From an uncultured bacterium (lineage in GTDB: Bacteria > Zixibacteria > MSB-5A5 > UBA10806): 64,000 nucleotides of DNA. Both the position numbers and the translations under genes were made by a program. The notes below the pieces were generated by a model. It was given only the letters and a program-made list of their open reading frames with translations. It was not told the DNA's origin and made no database searches. Location: contig CBEUCH010000009.1 in the NCBI GenBank assembly GCA_965541585.1, forward strand, positions 76,962-140,961. Reading direction: 5' to 3'. The first letter of the stretch is position 1; the number at the start of each line of letters is the position of its first letter. This document shows, one piece after another, positions 1 to 9,344 of the stretch.

Positions 1-1593
1 TTCCGATTGGCGTATCTCGGCCATCATTTCAAAGATGCACTTCTTAATCTCGAAAGGGAGAAAGGCAAAAGACTTCTTGAAGAAATTGTTTTTTCTACCA
101 ACTGGCTCGATGATCATATTGATCCGGAGATGCTGTTGGGCTTACGGAGGCTCTTTAAGGATTATCTGTCACAGCATTCCGACCAGGAAATGCTCTCGGA
201 TATCTACGAACTTTTTAAAAAGGTTGGCACTCCCGATAGCGTGATGGATCAGATTTTCGATCGATCCTCGGTTTTGAAATTGCGCACCTTTCAGGAATCG
301 GAGATGATAGTCAATACGCTGAAATATGCTGATCCTTCCCAGGTCGATCCGGCGGATTTGAGAAAAACGCTATTCAAGCTGGCATCCGCCGGGCAAAAGG
401 ATTATCTGAACGATCTATTGGATCAGCTCATCCGATCTCTCTCCAGCGCCACGAACGAGCTTCGTCAGAAGGCCCTGCACCTGGTGGGGACTGCGGGCGA
501 GGTTCTCGTAAAAGGTGGCTTCTATGACGATTTTAATTCCCTTTGCAGGGAGGCCATCAGGCTGGCTCTGTTGCCGACCGAAACGTTGGAACCGGTGGAG
601 CTAACAGCGGAGTTCGCCTGGCACGCCATAAAAGAAAAGCGGTGGCAGGAATTGAAGTTTTTGGTTCGAACTCTAAAGGGTATTAGAGATGATCATTCTC
701 ATCCGAAGAGCAAAAGGAACATAGCGGCCAGGAAGTTGATAGAGATCAGTGAATCCAATCAATTAGCCGATATAGTCTCGGATATGATGGAGAATGTCTT
801 GTCCGGGGATACCGGAGCGTTCTTTGAAGCTCTGGGAGATCTGGGATCGAAAGATATCATCAGAATGCTTGCCGATAAGATTGCTCATCCCGACATAAAT
901 ATTAGATCGCGCGTGATAAAGCTCTTGGCTAGCATGAGGGATCAATCGGCGGAGGTCCTCTCTGAATTGCTCGGCGAATGGGTGGGCAAATACGATGGAA
1001 GCGCAATCGATGATCAGGACTGGTATTATCTTAGAAATATCCTCCGAATATTAAGGAGTGTTCAGGCCGAGGAAGCTTTTCCGTATCTGGAAATAATGAG
1101 CGGATGGCCCGAATTCCGGTTGAAACTGGAAATTATAAAAACTCTCGAGGGCATGCCTGCTGAGGACGCGGGTAAGCTTTATGAAAAGCTCTCAGGCGAT
1201 CAGGATCTTGAGATCAAGAAAGCGGCGGTTGTGGCCATGGGGCTTACCGGCCATCCTGATATGATAATGAGACTCCTGGTAATATTCCGGCGGGAACCGG
1301 ACCTCCGGGTCTATTCCGTTGCCTCTATAGGGCGAATCGGCGGCCCGCATGCCCGCGATAAGCTGATAGACATGTTCGAGGATGACCAGTTTTTCACTAA
1401 TCTCAGTCTCTCAAAACGTGAGACAGAACAGGTAAGGATTGCCATCCTGAAAGCGCTGTCTCGGATCGGGGATGAGGCCGCTTTGACGAAGCTCGAAGAA
1501 TATTCACGAATGAGTTTCAGTAAATCATTATTTAAAAAAGACTTGCTATCCAATACGGCAAAGCTCATTCTCGATTCCAAAAGCAAGACATAG
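1..1593 (+). CDS. HEAT/armadillo-repeat protein, 5' end truncated by window edge
   Basis: Frame open from base 1. All-helical Leu-rich sequence with HEAT-like units (e.g. DINIRSRVIKLLASM, DLEIKKAAVVAMGLTG, VRIAILKALSRIGD). Confidence 0.7.
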   Translation, partial: FRLAYLGHHFKDALLNLEREKGKRLLEEIVFSTNWLDDHIDPEMLLGLRRLFKDYLSQHSDQEMLSDIYELFKKVGTPDSVMDQIFDRSSVLKLRTFQESEMIVNTLKYADPSQVDPADLRKTLFKLASAGQKDYLNDLLDQLIRSLSSATNELRQKALHLVGTAGEVLVKGGFYDDFNSLCREAIRLALLPTETLEPVELTAEFAWHAIKEKRWQELKFLVRTLKGIRDDHSHPKSKRNIAARKLIEISESNQLADIVSDMMENVLSGDTGAFFEALGDLGSKDIIRMLADKIAHPDINIRSRVIKLLASMRDQSAEVLSELLGEWVGKYDGSAIDDQDWYYLRNILRILRSVQAEEAFPYLEIMSGWPEFRLKLEIIKTLEGMPAEDAGKLYEKLSGDQDLEIKKAAVVAMGLTGHPDMIMRLLVIFRREPDLRVYSVASIGRIGGPHARDKLIDMFEDDQFFTNLSLSKRETEQVRIAILKALSRIGDEAALTKLEEYSRMSFSKSLFKKDLLSNTAKLILDSKSKT

Positions 1594-1643
1594 CCAAAAT
1601 GGCATAAGGGCGCCATAATGACATATAACCCTGCCATTAGGGC
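1593..1643 (+). promoter_or_regulatory. Three imperfect palindromes, putative enhancer-binding-protein sites
   Basis: GCCAAAATGGC (1593), GCCATAATGAC (1612) and GCCATTAGGGC (1633), spaced 19 and 21 bp, about 90-140 bp upstream of a -24/-12-like element. Confidence 0.5.
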
Positions 1644-1732
1644 AGTATCTTCCCAGTGGTCAAATCCCCCATTAACCTGAAATGAAATATAACATCATAC
1701 AATATAATATGTTACAGTGATCCATAATTGAT

Positions 1733-1748
1733 TGGCACGAGTTTTGAA
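1733..1748 (+). promoter_or_regulatory. Sigma-54-like -24/-12 promoter for hsp20-dnaK
   Basis: TGGCACG-AGTT-TTGAA versus consensus TGGCACG-N4-TTGC(A/T). GG-N10 spacing is correct, with one mismatch at -12. Confidence 0.55.
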
Positions 1749-1796
1749 CATCAATCGGCCGGTGTTAGCTTAAAGGCAAAGAAAAGGAGGAATGAA

Positions 1797-2177
1797 ATGA
1801 TAGGGTTTCATTACAAACCAGCGTTGGCCAGCTTTCTTCAAAGGAATAGCGACCGCCCGCGCCCGAACGTCGATATCATAGAGAACGCCGATAATTATCT
1901 TTTCAGTTTTGAAATTCCCGGCGCTATGAAAGAAGACGTCAAAATCTGGCTTGAGGATGATATTCTCACTGTTTCCGGCGAGAAGAAAGAGGAGCTTGCA
2001 GAAGGAGAAGCCAAACTTCTCTCCGAGCGGAATTTCGGCAAATTCGAGATGTCATTCAGGCTGACCGGCAGCATAGATGGGGCCAGGATAAAGGCCGAGT
2101 TCCAAAACGGATTGCTGAAAGTCATCGTTCCCAAGGCGGCAGAGGCAAAGCCGAAAGAGATCGCCATCCGGGATTGA
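1797..2177 (+). CDS. Hsp20/alpha-crystallin small heat-shock protein
   Basis: P-x-VDIIE, EIPG, LTVSGEK, ER-x-FGKF and A-x-F-x-NGLL-x-V-x-VPK motifs. ATG at 1797 follows AAGGAGG. Confidence 0.93.
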   Translation: MIGFHYKPALASFLQRNSDRPRPNVDIIENADNYLFSFEIPGAMKEDVKIWLEDDILTVSGEKKEELAEGEAKLLSERNFGKFEMSFRLTGSIDGARIKAEFQNGLLKVIVPKAAEAKPKEIAIRD

Positions 2178-2206
2178 TAGGCATTCCGGGAGCGGGGGAA
2201 CAACTC

Positions 2207-2268
2207 CGTGTCCCACCCGGGTTCTCGATTTTACAAAAGCGGTGATTAAGGGACCCGGATGGGACACG
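2207..2268 (+). other. Long intergenic stem-loop
   Basis: CGTGTCCCACCCGGGTTCT pairs with GGGACCCGGATGGGACACG (19-bp arms, 1 mismatch, G-U pairs). Confidence 0.6.
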
Positions 2269-2315
2269 TTAGGTTCTGCCGTAAGGAAGATGCATCGAAT
2301 GATGGGAGAAATAGA

Positions 2316-2498
2316 ATGCTTCTAACGCTTGCAATAATACCTCTTGCGCTCGGTCTGATAGTAGTAATCATGGCCGCTATCAGGAAGTTGAGGCCGGAAC
2401 CGGCGATGGAAGATATAGATACCGAGCTCGGGCCAACTCGACTGAACGCTGTCATTCGATCCGACTCCGAAGGCGAAAAAGTTTCTTTGAAGAATTAA
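2316..2498 (+). CDS. Small single-pass membrane protein (hypothetical)
   Basis: GGGAG before ATG 2316, followed by a hydrophobic N-terminus (MLLTLAIIPLALGLIVVIMAAI) and RKLR. Confidence 0.45.
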   Translation: MLLTLAIIPLALGLIVVIMAAIRKLRPEPAMEDIDTELGPTRLNAVIRSDSEGEKVSLKN

Positions 2499-2525
2499 TG
2501 ATAATAATAAGGAGGTTCTAAAATA

Positions 2526-4430
2526 ATGTCCAAAGTAATAGGCATTGATCTGGGCACCACCAATTCTTGCGTGGCTGTAATTGAGGCCGGAGATCCGATC
2601 ATCATACCGAATTCCGAGGGTTCTCGCACAACGCCCTCGGTAGTAGCCGTCAATAAAACCGGAGAAAGGCTCGTCGGCCAGGTGGCCAAGCGCCAGGCCG
2701 TTGCCAACCCCACCGATACGATCTTCTCGGTCAAGCGGTTCATGGGAAGAGCCTATGATGAGGTTACAAGCGAGATTGCCAATTTCCCGTATAAGGTCAA
2801 AACCGGGAAGAATAATATCGTCAATATTGAGATGAGTGGCAAAGATTATTCTCCCCCTGAGATTTCGGCAATGGTTTTGCAAAAGATGAAACAGACTGCG
2901 GAAGATTATCTGGGCCATAAGGTGACCAAGGCGGTAATTACGGTTCCTGCTTATTTCAACGATTCACAGCGCAAGGCCACGAAGGATGCCGGGCAGATAG
3001 CCGGGCTGGAGGTATTGCGGATCATCAACGAACCCACGGCTGCGGCTCTGGCATACGGACTCGAGAAGAAAAAAGACGAGAAAATCGCAGTCTATGATCT
3101 TGGCGGTGGGACTTTCGATATCTCCATTCTGGAAATGGGCGATGGCGTATTCGAGGTGCGCTCCACCAACGGAGATACTCATCTCGGTGGTGACGACTTT
3201 GACAAGAGGATTATCGATTGGCTGGTGGCAGAGTTTAAGAAATCCGATGGCATTGATTTATCGAAAGATCCCATGGCGATTCAGCGCTTGAGGGAGGCCG
3301 CGGAAAAAGCCAAAATGGAGCTTTCGAGCACAACGGAGACCACCATAAACCTACCCTTTGTCACCGCAGATTCGAACGGCCCCAGGCATCTGAATCTCTC
3401 TCTTACCAGGGCCAAATTCGAACAGCTTGTCGATGATCTTATCGAGAGAACAATCGAACCATGCAGAAAGGCGTTGGCCGATGCCAAGCTTGCATCCTCG
3501 GACATCGATGAGGTAATTCTGGTCGGAGGGATGACCAGGATGCCGATGGTGCAGGAGACCGTAAAGAGCTTTTTCGGCAGGGAGCCACATAAGGGTGTCA
3601 ACCCCGATGAGGTAGTCGCCATAGGAGCAGCGATCCAGGGTGGGGTGCTGGCCGGCCATGTGAAAGACGTTCTGCTTCTCGACGTTACGCCGCTGTCATT
3701 GGGTATCGAAACGCTTGGAGGAGTCTTTACCAGATTGATCGAACGCAATACTACTATCCCGACCAAGAAATCGGAAATCTTCTCCACCGCCGCTGATAAC
3801 CAGATATCTGTAGAGATTCATGTCCTCCAGGGGGAACGGGACATGGCACTTCACAACAAGACAATCGGGCGTTTTCATATGGACGGTATGCTGCCTGCCC
3901 CGCGCGGGATGCCGCAGATCGAAGTTGAATTCGATATCGATGCCAACGGTATCATGAATGTCTCTGCCACGGATAAGGCCACCGGCAAGGAGCAGTCCAT
4001 CCGGATCGAGGCCACCTCAGGATTAACTGAGCAGGATATTGACAAGATGGTCAAGGATGCTGCGGCGCATGCTTCCGAGGATAAGACTAATCGCGAAGAG
4101 GCCGAATTGAAAAACCGTGCGGATCAGGAAATCTATCAAACCGAGAAGCAGCTGAACGAGTTCGAGGATAAAATCGATTCGGGAACAAAAGCGAGGGTCG
4201 AAGCAGCTCTCGATCGCTTAAAAGAGGCTGTGAAAAAGGAGAATATCGAGGAGATGAAATCTGCCTCCGAGGCCCTGACAGCGGTCTGGCATGAGGTCTC
4301 GGCGAAACTGTATCAAAAGCAAACATCGTCGACCCAGGGGGAGCATATGGACGCGGAATCCGGCCCTGCTCAGAACTCCGGCAAGGACGATCAGGATGCC
4401 GTTGACGCCGATTTCGAAGTGGTGAAATAA
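2526..4430 (+). CDS. dnaK: Chaperone DnaK (Hsp70)
   Basis: [32 protein letters not shown] and C-terminal DADFEVVK motifs. AAGGAGG RBS. Confidence 0.99.
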   Translation: MSKVIGIDLGTTNSCVAVIEAGDPIIIPNSEGSRTTPSVVAVNKTGERLVGQVAKRQAVANPTDTIFSVKRFMGRAYDEVTSEIANFPYKVKTGKNNIVNIEMSGKDYSPPEISAMVLQKMKQTAEDYLGHKVTKAVITVPAYFNDSQRKATKDAGQIAGLEVLRIINEPTAAALAYGLEKKKDEKIAVYDLGGGTFDISILEMGDGVFEVRSTNGDTHLGGDDFDKRIIDWLVAEFKKSDGIDLSKDPMAIQRLREAAEKAKMELSSTTETTINLPFVTADSNGPRHLNLSLTRAKFEQLVDDLIERTIEPCRKALADAKLASSDIDEVILVGGMTRMPMVQETVKSFFGREPHKGVNPDEVVAIGAAIQGGVLAGHVKDVLLLDVTPLSLGIETLGGVFTRLIERNTTIPTKKSEIFSTAADNQISVEIHVLQGERDMALHNKTIGRFHMDGMLPAPRGMPQIEVEFDIDANGIMNVSATDKATGKEQSIRIEATSGLTEQDIDKMVKDAAAHASEDKTNREEAELKNRADQEIYQTEKQLNEFEDKIDSGTKARVEAALDRLKEAVKKENIEEMKSASEALTAVWHEVSAKLYQKQTSSTQGEHMDAESGPAQNSGKDDQDAVDADFEVVK

Positions 4431-4581
4431 AAAAGCGATACCAGGTGTTCCCGGTAGATTATCCGGGTAAGATCGAAAATGTAAAAGCTCCGGAAAAATG
4501 ATGGTAAGCATCTATGGTGAAATCTCTCGTCAAAATCGTTTCTGCCATGGAGAGTTGAGGGGGAAAAGTGATGTTGGAATG

Positions 4582-4624
4582 AAACGGCCCGGCATATTCA
4601 AAGAGGCGGGGCCGTTTTTATTTT
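4582..4624 (+). terminator. Probable intrinsic terminator after dnaK
   Basis: AAACGGCCC...GGGCCGTTT inverted repeat followed by a T-rich tail. The loop is unusually long. Confidence 0.45.
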
Positions 4625-4633
4625 CCCGAGAAG

Positions 4634-4662
4634 TTGACACAAAATAGCATTTGGAATAGATT
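4634..4662 (+). promoter_or_regulatory. Sigma-70 promoter directly abutting dnaJ start
   Basis: TTGACA-17 nt-TAGATT, ending 8 nt before ATG 4671. No SD sequence. Confidence 0.6.
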
Positions 4663-4670
4663 TCAATAGA

Positions 4671-5792
4671 ATGAAAGATTTCTACAAAATACTCGGTGTA
4701 TCTGAAACCGCGTCGGAGGGGGATATTAAACGGGCCTATCGCGGGCTGGCTAAAAAGCATCATCCCGACGCCAATCCGGGAGATAAACAGGCCGAGGCAA
4801 GATTCAAAGAGGTCTCGGAGGCGAATGAAGTTCTATCGGATGAAAATAAAAGAGCGCAGTTCGACCAGATGCGAAGATATGGGGGCGGCTTCGAAGGTGC
4901 GCGGCCCGGTGCCGGTTTCGGTGGCGGGGTCCGTTTCGAGGACCTGTCGTCTGTTTTCGGTAAATCGGGAGGTTTTGGATCGTTTGCGGATATTTTTTCG
5001 TCCATATTCGGGGATAACCTCCGTAATTCCGGATCTGGTTTCGGGCGAACCCGTGGCCCCGGGAAGGGCGATGATCTTTACACGGATATAAAAATACCGT
5101 TTTCAACGGCTGTCAACGGTGGAAAAGTAAAGGTCCGGCTCAATGTAAACGAACAGTGCTCGGACTGTAAAGGCACCGGATCGAGGCCCGGTTCGTCTCA
5201 GAGAATCTGTCCCGACTGCCAGGGCCGCGGAGTGGTTAGTTTTACGCAGGGTAATTTCGCCGTCTCGCGTCCCTGCCCGCGCTGTCTTGGCAGGGGCCGG
5301 ATATCCGGCGAGGCCTGCTCCGGTTGCGCCGGTACAGGCTCGGTATCGAAACGTCGCGAATTATCCGTCAGGATTCCGTCGGGAATGGAATCGGGCAAAA
5401 AGATTCGTTTGCGAGGATTGGGAAATCCCGGAATCAACGGCGGCCCCCCGGGTGATCTCTACCTCCGGATCGATGTGACATCGCATCCGTTCTTCTTCAG
5501 GCGGGGTCTTGATATCCATTGCCGTATACCTCTAAGTATCGAACAGGCAGTAAACGGATCGAGAATTCGCGTTAGAACGCTATCCGGGAAGAAGGCCGAA
5601 CTCAAGATCCCGCCCGGCACTAAAGCGGGCGCAAAGTTCAGGCTGAAAGGCCTTGGCCTCGTCTTGAGAGAGCGTAAGGGAGATCAGATTGTAGAGATTG
5701 ATATAAAAGAGACTGAGGATATGACTGATGAAGACAAGAGAAGTTCTTATAAGGCGACTCAGGGAGCCGGCACAGGAGACAAGGGAAGCTGA
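4671..5792 (+). CDS. dnaJ: Chaperone DnaJ
   Basis: J domain with HPD, G/F-rich region, four CxxCxGxG repeats and C-terminal GDLY domain. Confidence 0.96.
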   Translation: MKDFYKILGVSETASEGDIKRAYRGLAKKHHPDANPGDKQAEARFKEVSEANEVLSDENKRAQFDQMRRYGGGFEGARPGAGFGGGVRFEDLSSVFGKSGGFGSFADIFSSIFGDNLRNSGSGFGRTRGPGKGDDLYTDIKIPFSTAVNGGKVKVRLNVNEQCSDCKGTGSRPGSSQRICPDCQGRGVVSFTQGNFAVSRPCPRCLGRGRISGEACSGCAGTGSVSKRRELSVRIPSGMESGKKIRLRGLGNPGINGGPPGDLYLRIDVTSHPFFFRRGLDIHCRIPLSIEQAVNGSRIRVRTLSGKKAELKIPPGTKAGAKFRLKGLGLVLRERKGDQIVEIDIKETEDMTDEDKRSSYKATQGAGTGDKGS

Positions 5793-5964
5793 TCGGTAAT
5801 GCGAACAGAAAAAAGATCCGGTGACAAAATAGTGATTGCCGCCGATGAAAACGGTTTGACATTTGATATCGATAGATTATCTTCAAAGAAATGGTTCTTT
5901 AAGAATTGAGGCTTTTGAATAATCCTGGCGTCTGATGATAATTGAGATTGTCAAGGAGGCAATT

Positions 5965-6342
5965 TTGAGGCTGACAATATTAGCTCTTACGGTAACTTTA
6001 CTTTTCTTGAGTTGTAGTGAAAAAGTCCCCGCGGAGAATGAGCTATTTTCGCGCGCGCAGGAAGCTGAAGCAGCTCAGGAATTCAACCAGGCTCTCCAAG
6101 CTTATGATACGATAATCGAAAAATATCCCGATAGCCCGAACCGATATAAGGCGATCTTCATGAAGGGTTATATCCACACCGAATACTTAAAAGATAAGAC
6201 CAGGGCTCTTGAAGTGTTTGATCAATTGCTGGCGGAATACCCCGACTGTGATCTGGCCGATGATGCCCGGGTCATGCGCGAAATTGCAGAAAAGGGCACC
6301 GACCTGATGTCGGTTTTCGAGGATTCGGTAAAAGCGGAATAA
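5965..6342 (+). CDS. TPR-containing lipoprotein (BamD/YbgF-like fold)
   Basis: TTG after AAGGAGG, lipobox FLSC, and TPR-like helices ending YPDS/YPDC. Confidence 0.7.
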   Translation: MRLTILALTVTLLFLSCSEKVPAENELFSRAQEAEAAQEFNQALQAYDTIIEKYPDSPNRYKAIFMKGYIHTEYLKDKTRALEVFDQLLAEYPDCDLADDARVMREIAEKGTDLMSVFEDSVKAE

Positions 6343-6565
6343 AACCGTCTCTCGTTCTGGAGCATATTGAATCTACAGCCATGTGGCTGGCCCCGAGCTG
6401 TAGATAATTGTTGACAACATTGTATATTATATATTAAATTTATACTTAGGTAAGGAGAGTAGTTTACCTAAGACAACGTTGGCTTATTTGTAGATCGTCA
6501 TAATTCTAAAGCTTGGGGAACGCTCCTTTTAAATGTCATAAGAGGCTCTTTTCCGGAGGTGAAAT

Positions 6566-8938
6566 ATGAGGACTTTAATTGTTCTTAGTTTGGTTATGGC
6601 TCTAACAGCGGTAAATGCGATAGCTTTTGAGCCGATATTCGAAGCCCGGTTGGATTTTCCTGCAGGCGAGGGGCAATACTCGCTAACTGTCGGTGATTTT
6701 AACGCAGACGGTTTCGAGGATGTGGCCGTGGTAAATAATTATTATGACAACGTATCGGTTTTTATAAACAAGGGCGACGGAGACTTCGAACCTGAAATAG
6801 TATACGATGTAGGTGACCGTCCCTGGTCTGTTTGCGCGGCCGATCTGGATGGCGACGATGATTCCGATCTGGCTGTCGCCAGCTACGGTTCCGATGATGT
6901 TTCCGTGCTCATCAGCAACGGCGACGGGACATTTCAGCCAGCCGTTGCATATCAGGCGGGCGGCGGTTCGAGCTCAGTTGTTGCCGCAGACTTCGATGCT
7001 GATGGCTTTAACGACCTGGCGGTGGCCAATATAGATGTGCGTACCATGTCGATTTTTCTCAATAACGGAGATGGAACCTTCCAGGAAGCCGTTGGCTACG
7101 ATGTCTCTGACGCAGTCGGGGGGTTGGCCGTGACCGATATTGATGAAGATGGCGATATCGATCTGGCCGTGGCCTCGATTTCCGGTCAGTCCCTTTATGT
7201 TATCAAAAACAATGGCGACGGGACCTTTGCACAGCCGCAAGGTTATTATCTGGGAGGATGGATGACATTTGTGGCGGCTGCTGATTTCAACGGCGACGGC
7301 TTCGACGATCTGGCTGTAAATCTATACGATGACGATCTGATCTCGGTTCTCCTGAACAACGGCAACGGGGAGTTTCCAGAACATGTCGAATATGAAACCG
7401 GCGACACCCCACGTTTTTTATTAGCGGATGATCTGGACGAAGACGATGATTACGACTTGCTGGTCAGTAATGATGATGATATATCCATGTTCACCAATGA
7501 CGGAAACGGTGCTTTCTCGGGGCCGCATTATTTCAACCTGGATAGAGGCGCACGCAGATTCGCTGTCGTTGACGTTGACGGAGATGGCCTCAAGGAATTA
7601 GTGACTAACGGCGTATCCGTCTACAGGAATAAAGGAGATCTTTCTTTCATGGCAGGGACTTATCTCGAGACCGGGTATAGTCCCTGGTCTCTTTCGGCCG
7701 GCGATCTTGATGGTGACGGGGATAATGACGTGGCCGTCGTACATGCTGGGGCAGAGGATCTCGGCATTTATATCAATAACGGAGACCGGACATTTCTTCC
7801 TGCCCAGTTCTACGACATAGACTGCATTTCCTTTACCGTTCTTATCTCAGATTTAGACGGAGACAGCCATAATGATCTGGTAACGGGGAACTTATTAACT
7901 TGCGACGTCCTTGTTTTATCCAACAACGGCGACGGTACATTTCAGGCGCCGGTTGCGTATGGTGGCCAATACTGTGCTAATTCAATATCTGGCGGAGATT
8001 TCGACGGCGATAATGATGTTGATCTGGCTCTTGCGAATATATGGGCAAATGGCCAGATCGCGGTATTGCGTAACAATGGCGACGGGAGCTTCCAGCAGGA
8101 GGAGTACTACCCTTGTGGAGATGGTCCAATGTCCATTGTGGCCTCGGACTTCAATGATGATACCCATGATGATCTGGCTACGGCAAACGCCTTTTCGGAC
8201 GATATCTCGGTTCTCCTGAATAACGGTGACGGGACTTTTCAACCGCCGGTCAATTATCCGGCGGGCGACAGCGCCTGGGCGGTAACCGCCGGAGATTTTA
8301 ATGATGATGACCATAATGATCTGGCTGTGGCCAACGCCGGTTCGGAAAATGTTTCTGTTTTTATTAATAATGGAGATGGCACTTTTCAAATGGAGGTTTC
8401 CTATCGGGTGGGAGATTCTCCTTTTTCCGTTATCGCGGCTGATTTCGATAGCGATGGTGATCTGGATATTAGCACAGCTAACAAGGCGGGCAATGTCTCT
8501 GTTTTGCTTAATGACGGAAGTGGTTTCTTCGAGCCGACCTCCAAATACGGTGTGGGCATCGAGCCTCATTCAATTTTCGCCGCCGATCTCGATCATCGTG
8601 GAGGTTTGGATCTTGTGACGGCGAATTCCGGTTCCGGCGACATTTGTGTCTTGTTCAGTATCGTTGCTGGAGCTTGCGTCTATATTCCGGGTGATTGCAA
8701 CCATAACTCGGTACCGGTAGAGCTGGTGGACGTTATCGCCATGGTATCAATGTATAGGGGCACGTTATCGCCGGAGTATACGTGCGAGTGCGCAAATTGG
8801 GGTGTCGATTTCGCCCCTGAAGCCGACCCCGACGGAAACTGCGTCGCACTTGAGCTTTCCGACGTCGTTACCCAGATTGCGGCCTATAGAGGCAATGCTA
8901 CTCCCTCGGGATGCCCTGATTGCCCAGGACTGCCTTAG
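6566..8938 (+). CDS. Secreted FG-GAP/VCBS repeat protein with C-terminal dockerin-like Cys-rich domain
   Basis: Signal peptide and about 13 D(F/L)xxDGxxDLAV...NxGDGTF repeats. The C-terminus has a duplicated GDCNHN..ELVDVIAM..YRG / ADPDGN..ELSDVVT..YRG motif. Confidence 0.88.
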   Translation: MRTLIVLSLVMALTAVNAIAFEPIFEARLDFPAGEGQYSLTVGDFNADGFEDVAVVNNYYDNVSVFINKGDGDFEPEIVYDVGDRPWSVCAADLDGDDDSDLAVASYGSDDVSVLISNGDGTFQPAVAYQAGGGSSSVVAADFDADGFNDLAVANIDVRTMSIFLNNGDGTFQEAVGYDVSDAVGGLAVTDIDEDGDIDLAVASISGQSLYVIKNNGDGTFAQPQGYYLGGWMTFVAAADFNGDGFDDLAVNLYDDDLISVLLNNGNGEFPEHVEYETGDTPRFLLADDLDEDDDYDLLVSNDDDISMFTNDGNGAFSGPHYFNLDRGARRFAVVDVDGDGLKELVTNGVSVYRNKGDLSFMAGTYLETGYSPWSLSAGDLDGDGDNDVAVVHAGAEDLGIYINNGDRTFLPAQFYDIDCISFTVLISDLDGDSHNDLVTGNLLTCDVLVLSNNGDGTFQAPVAYGGQYCANSISGGDFDGDNDVDLALANIWANGQIAVLRNNGDGSFQQEEYYPCGDGPMSIVASDFNDDTHDDLATANAFSDDISVLLNNGDGTFQPPVNYPAGDSAWAVTAGDFNDDDHNDLAVANAGSENVSVFINNGDGTFQMEVSYRVGDSPFSVIAADFDSDGDLDISTANKAGNVSVLLNDGSGFFEPTSKYGVGIEPHSIFAADLDHRGGLDLVTANSGSGDICVLFSIVAGACVYIPGDCNHNSVPVELVDVIAMVSMYRGTLSPEYTCECANWGVDFAPEADPDGNCVALELSDVVTQIAAYRGNATPSGCPDCPGLP

Positions 8939-9344
8939 ATTACCCAACTTCATCGATTGGTGTATGGAGAAGGCGGCCGGCAGTAGAAATCCCGGAAGCT
9001 GCTGGCCGTTAGAGAGAGCCTCGAGCCACGGATTTCGCACCTGAAAAAAGCTTGACAGAAGACCAAAATGCCTATATTTTAATATAGGTTTTGAGACTGC
9101 GCGCCTTGAGTAAGTCTTCTTGCGCAGTAGTATTACAATATCTGCAGATATGGGGTCTATTCCGTTCGCAGGTAAGGATATTGCTAATAATCCATAAAAC
9201 CAATTAACCGGGAGGTGACTCGCAGACATTAAAGTAGTGCAGCCTGTATCTTTAGGAATAAGAACAATGATTATGGATACGCGGCTGCTGAGTTAGTTGG
9301 ACACTGAGGGATTTCAAAGACGGATTTGAGGAGAGAGAAGTATT

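Noticed and set aside
1594..2525. CIRCE/HrcA operator for the chaperone genes
   Set aside because: No TTAGCACTC-N9-GAGTGCTAA found.
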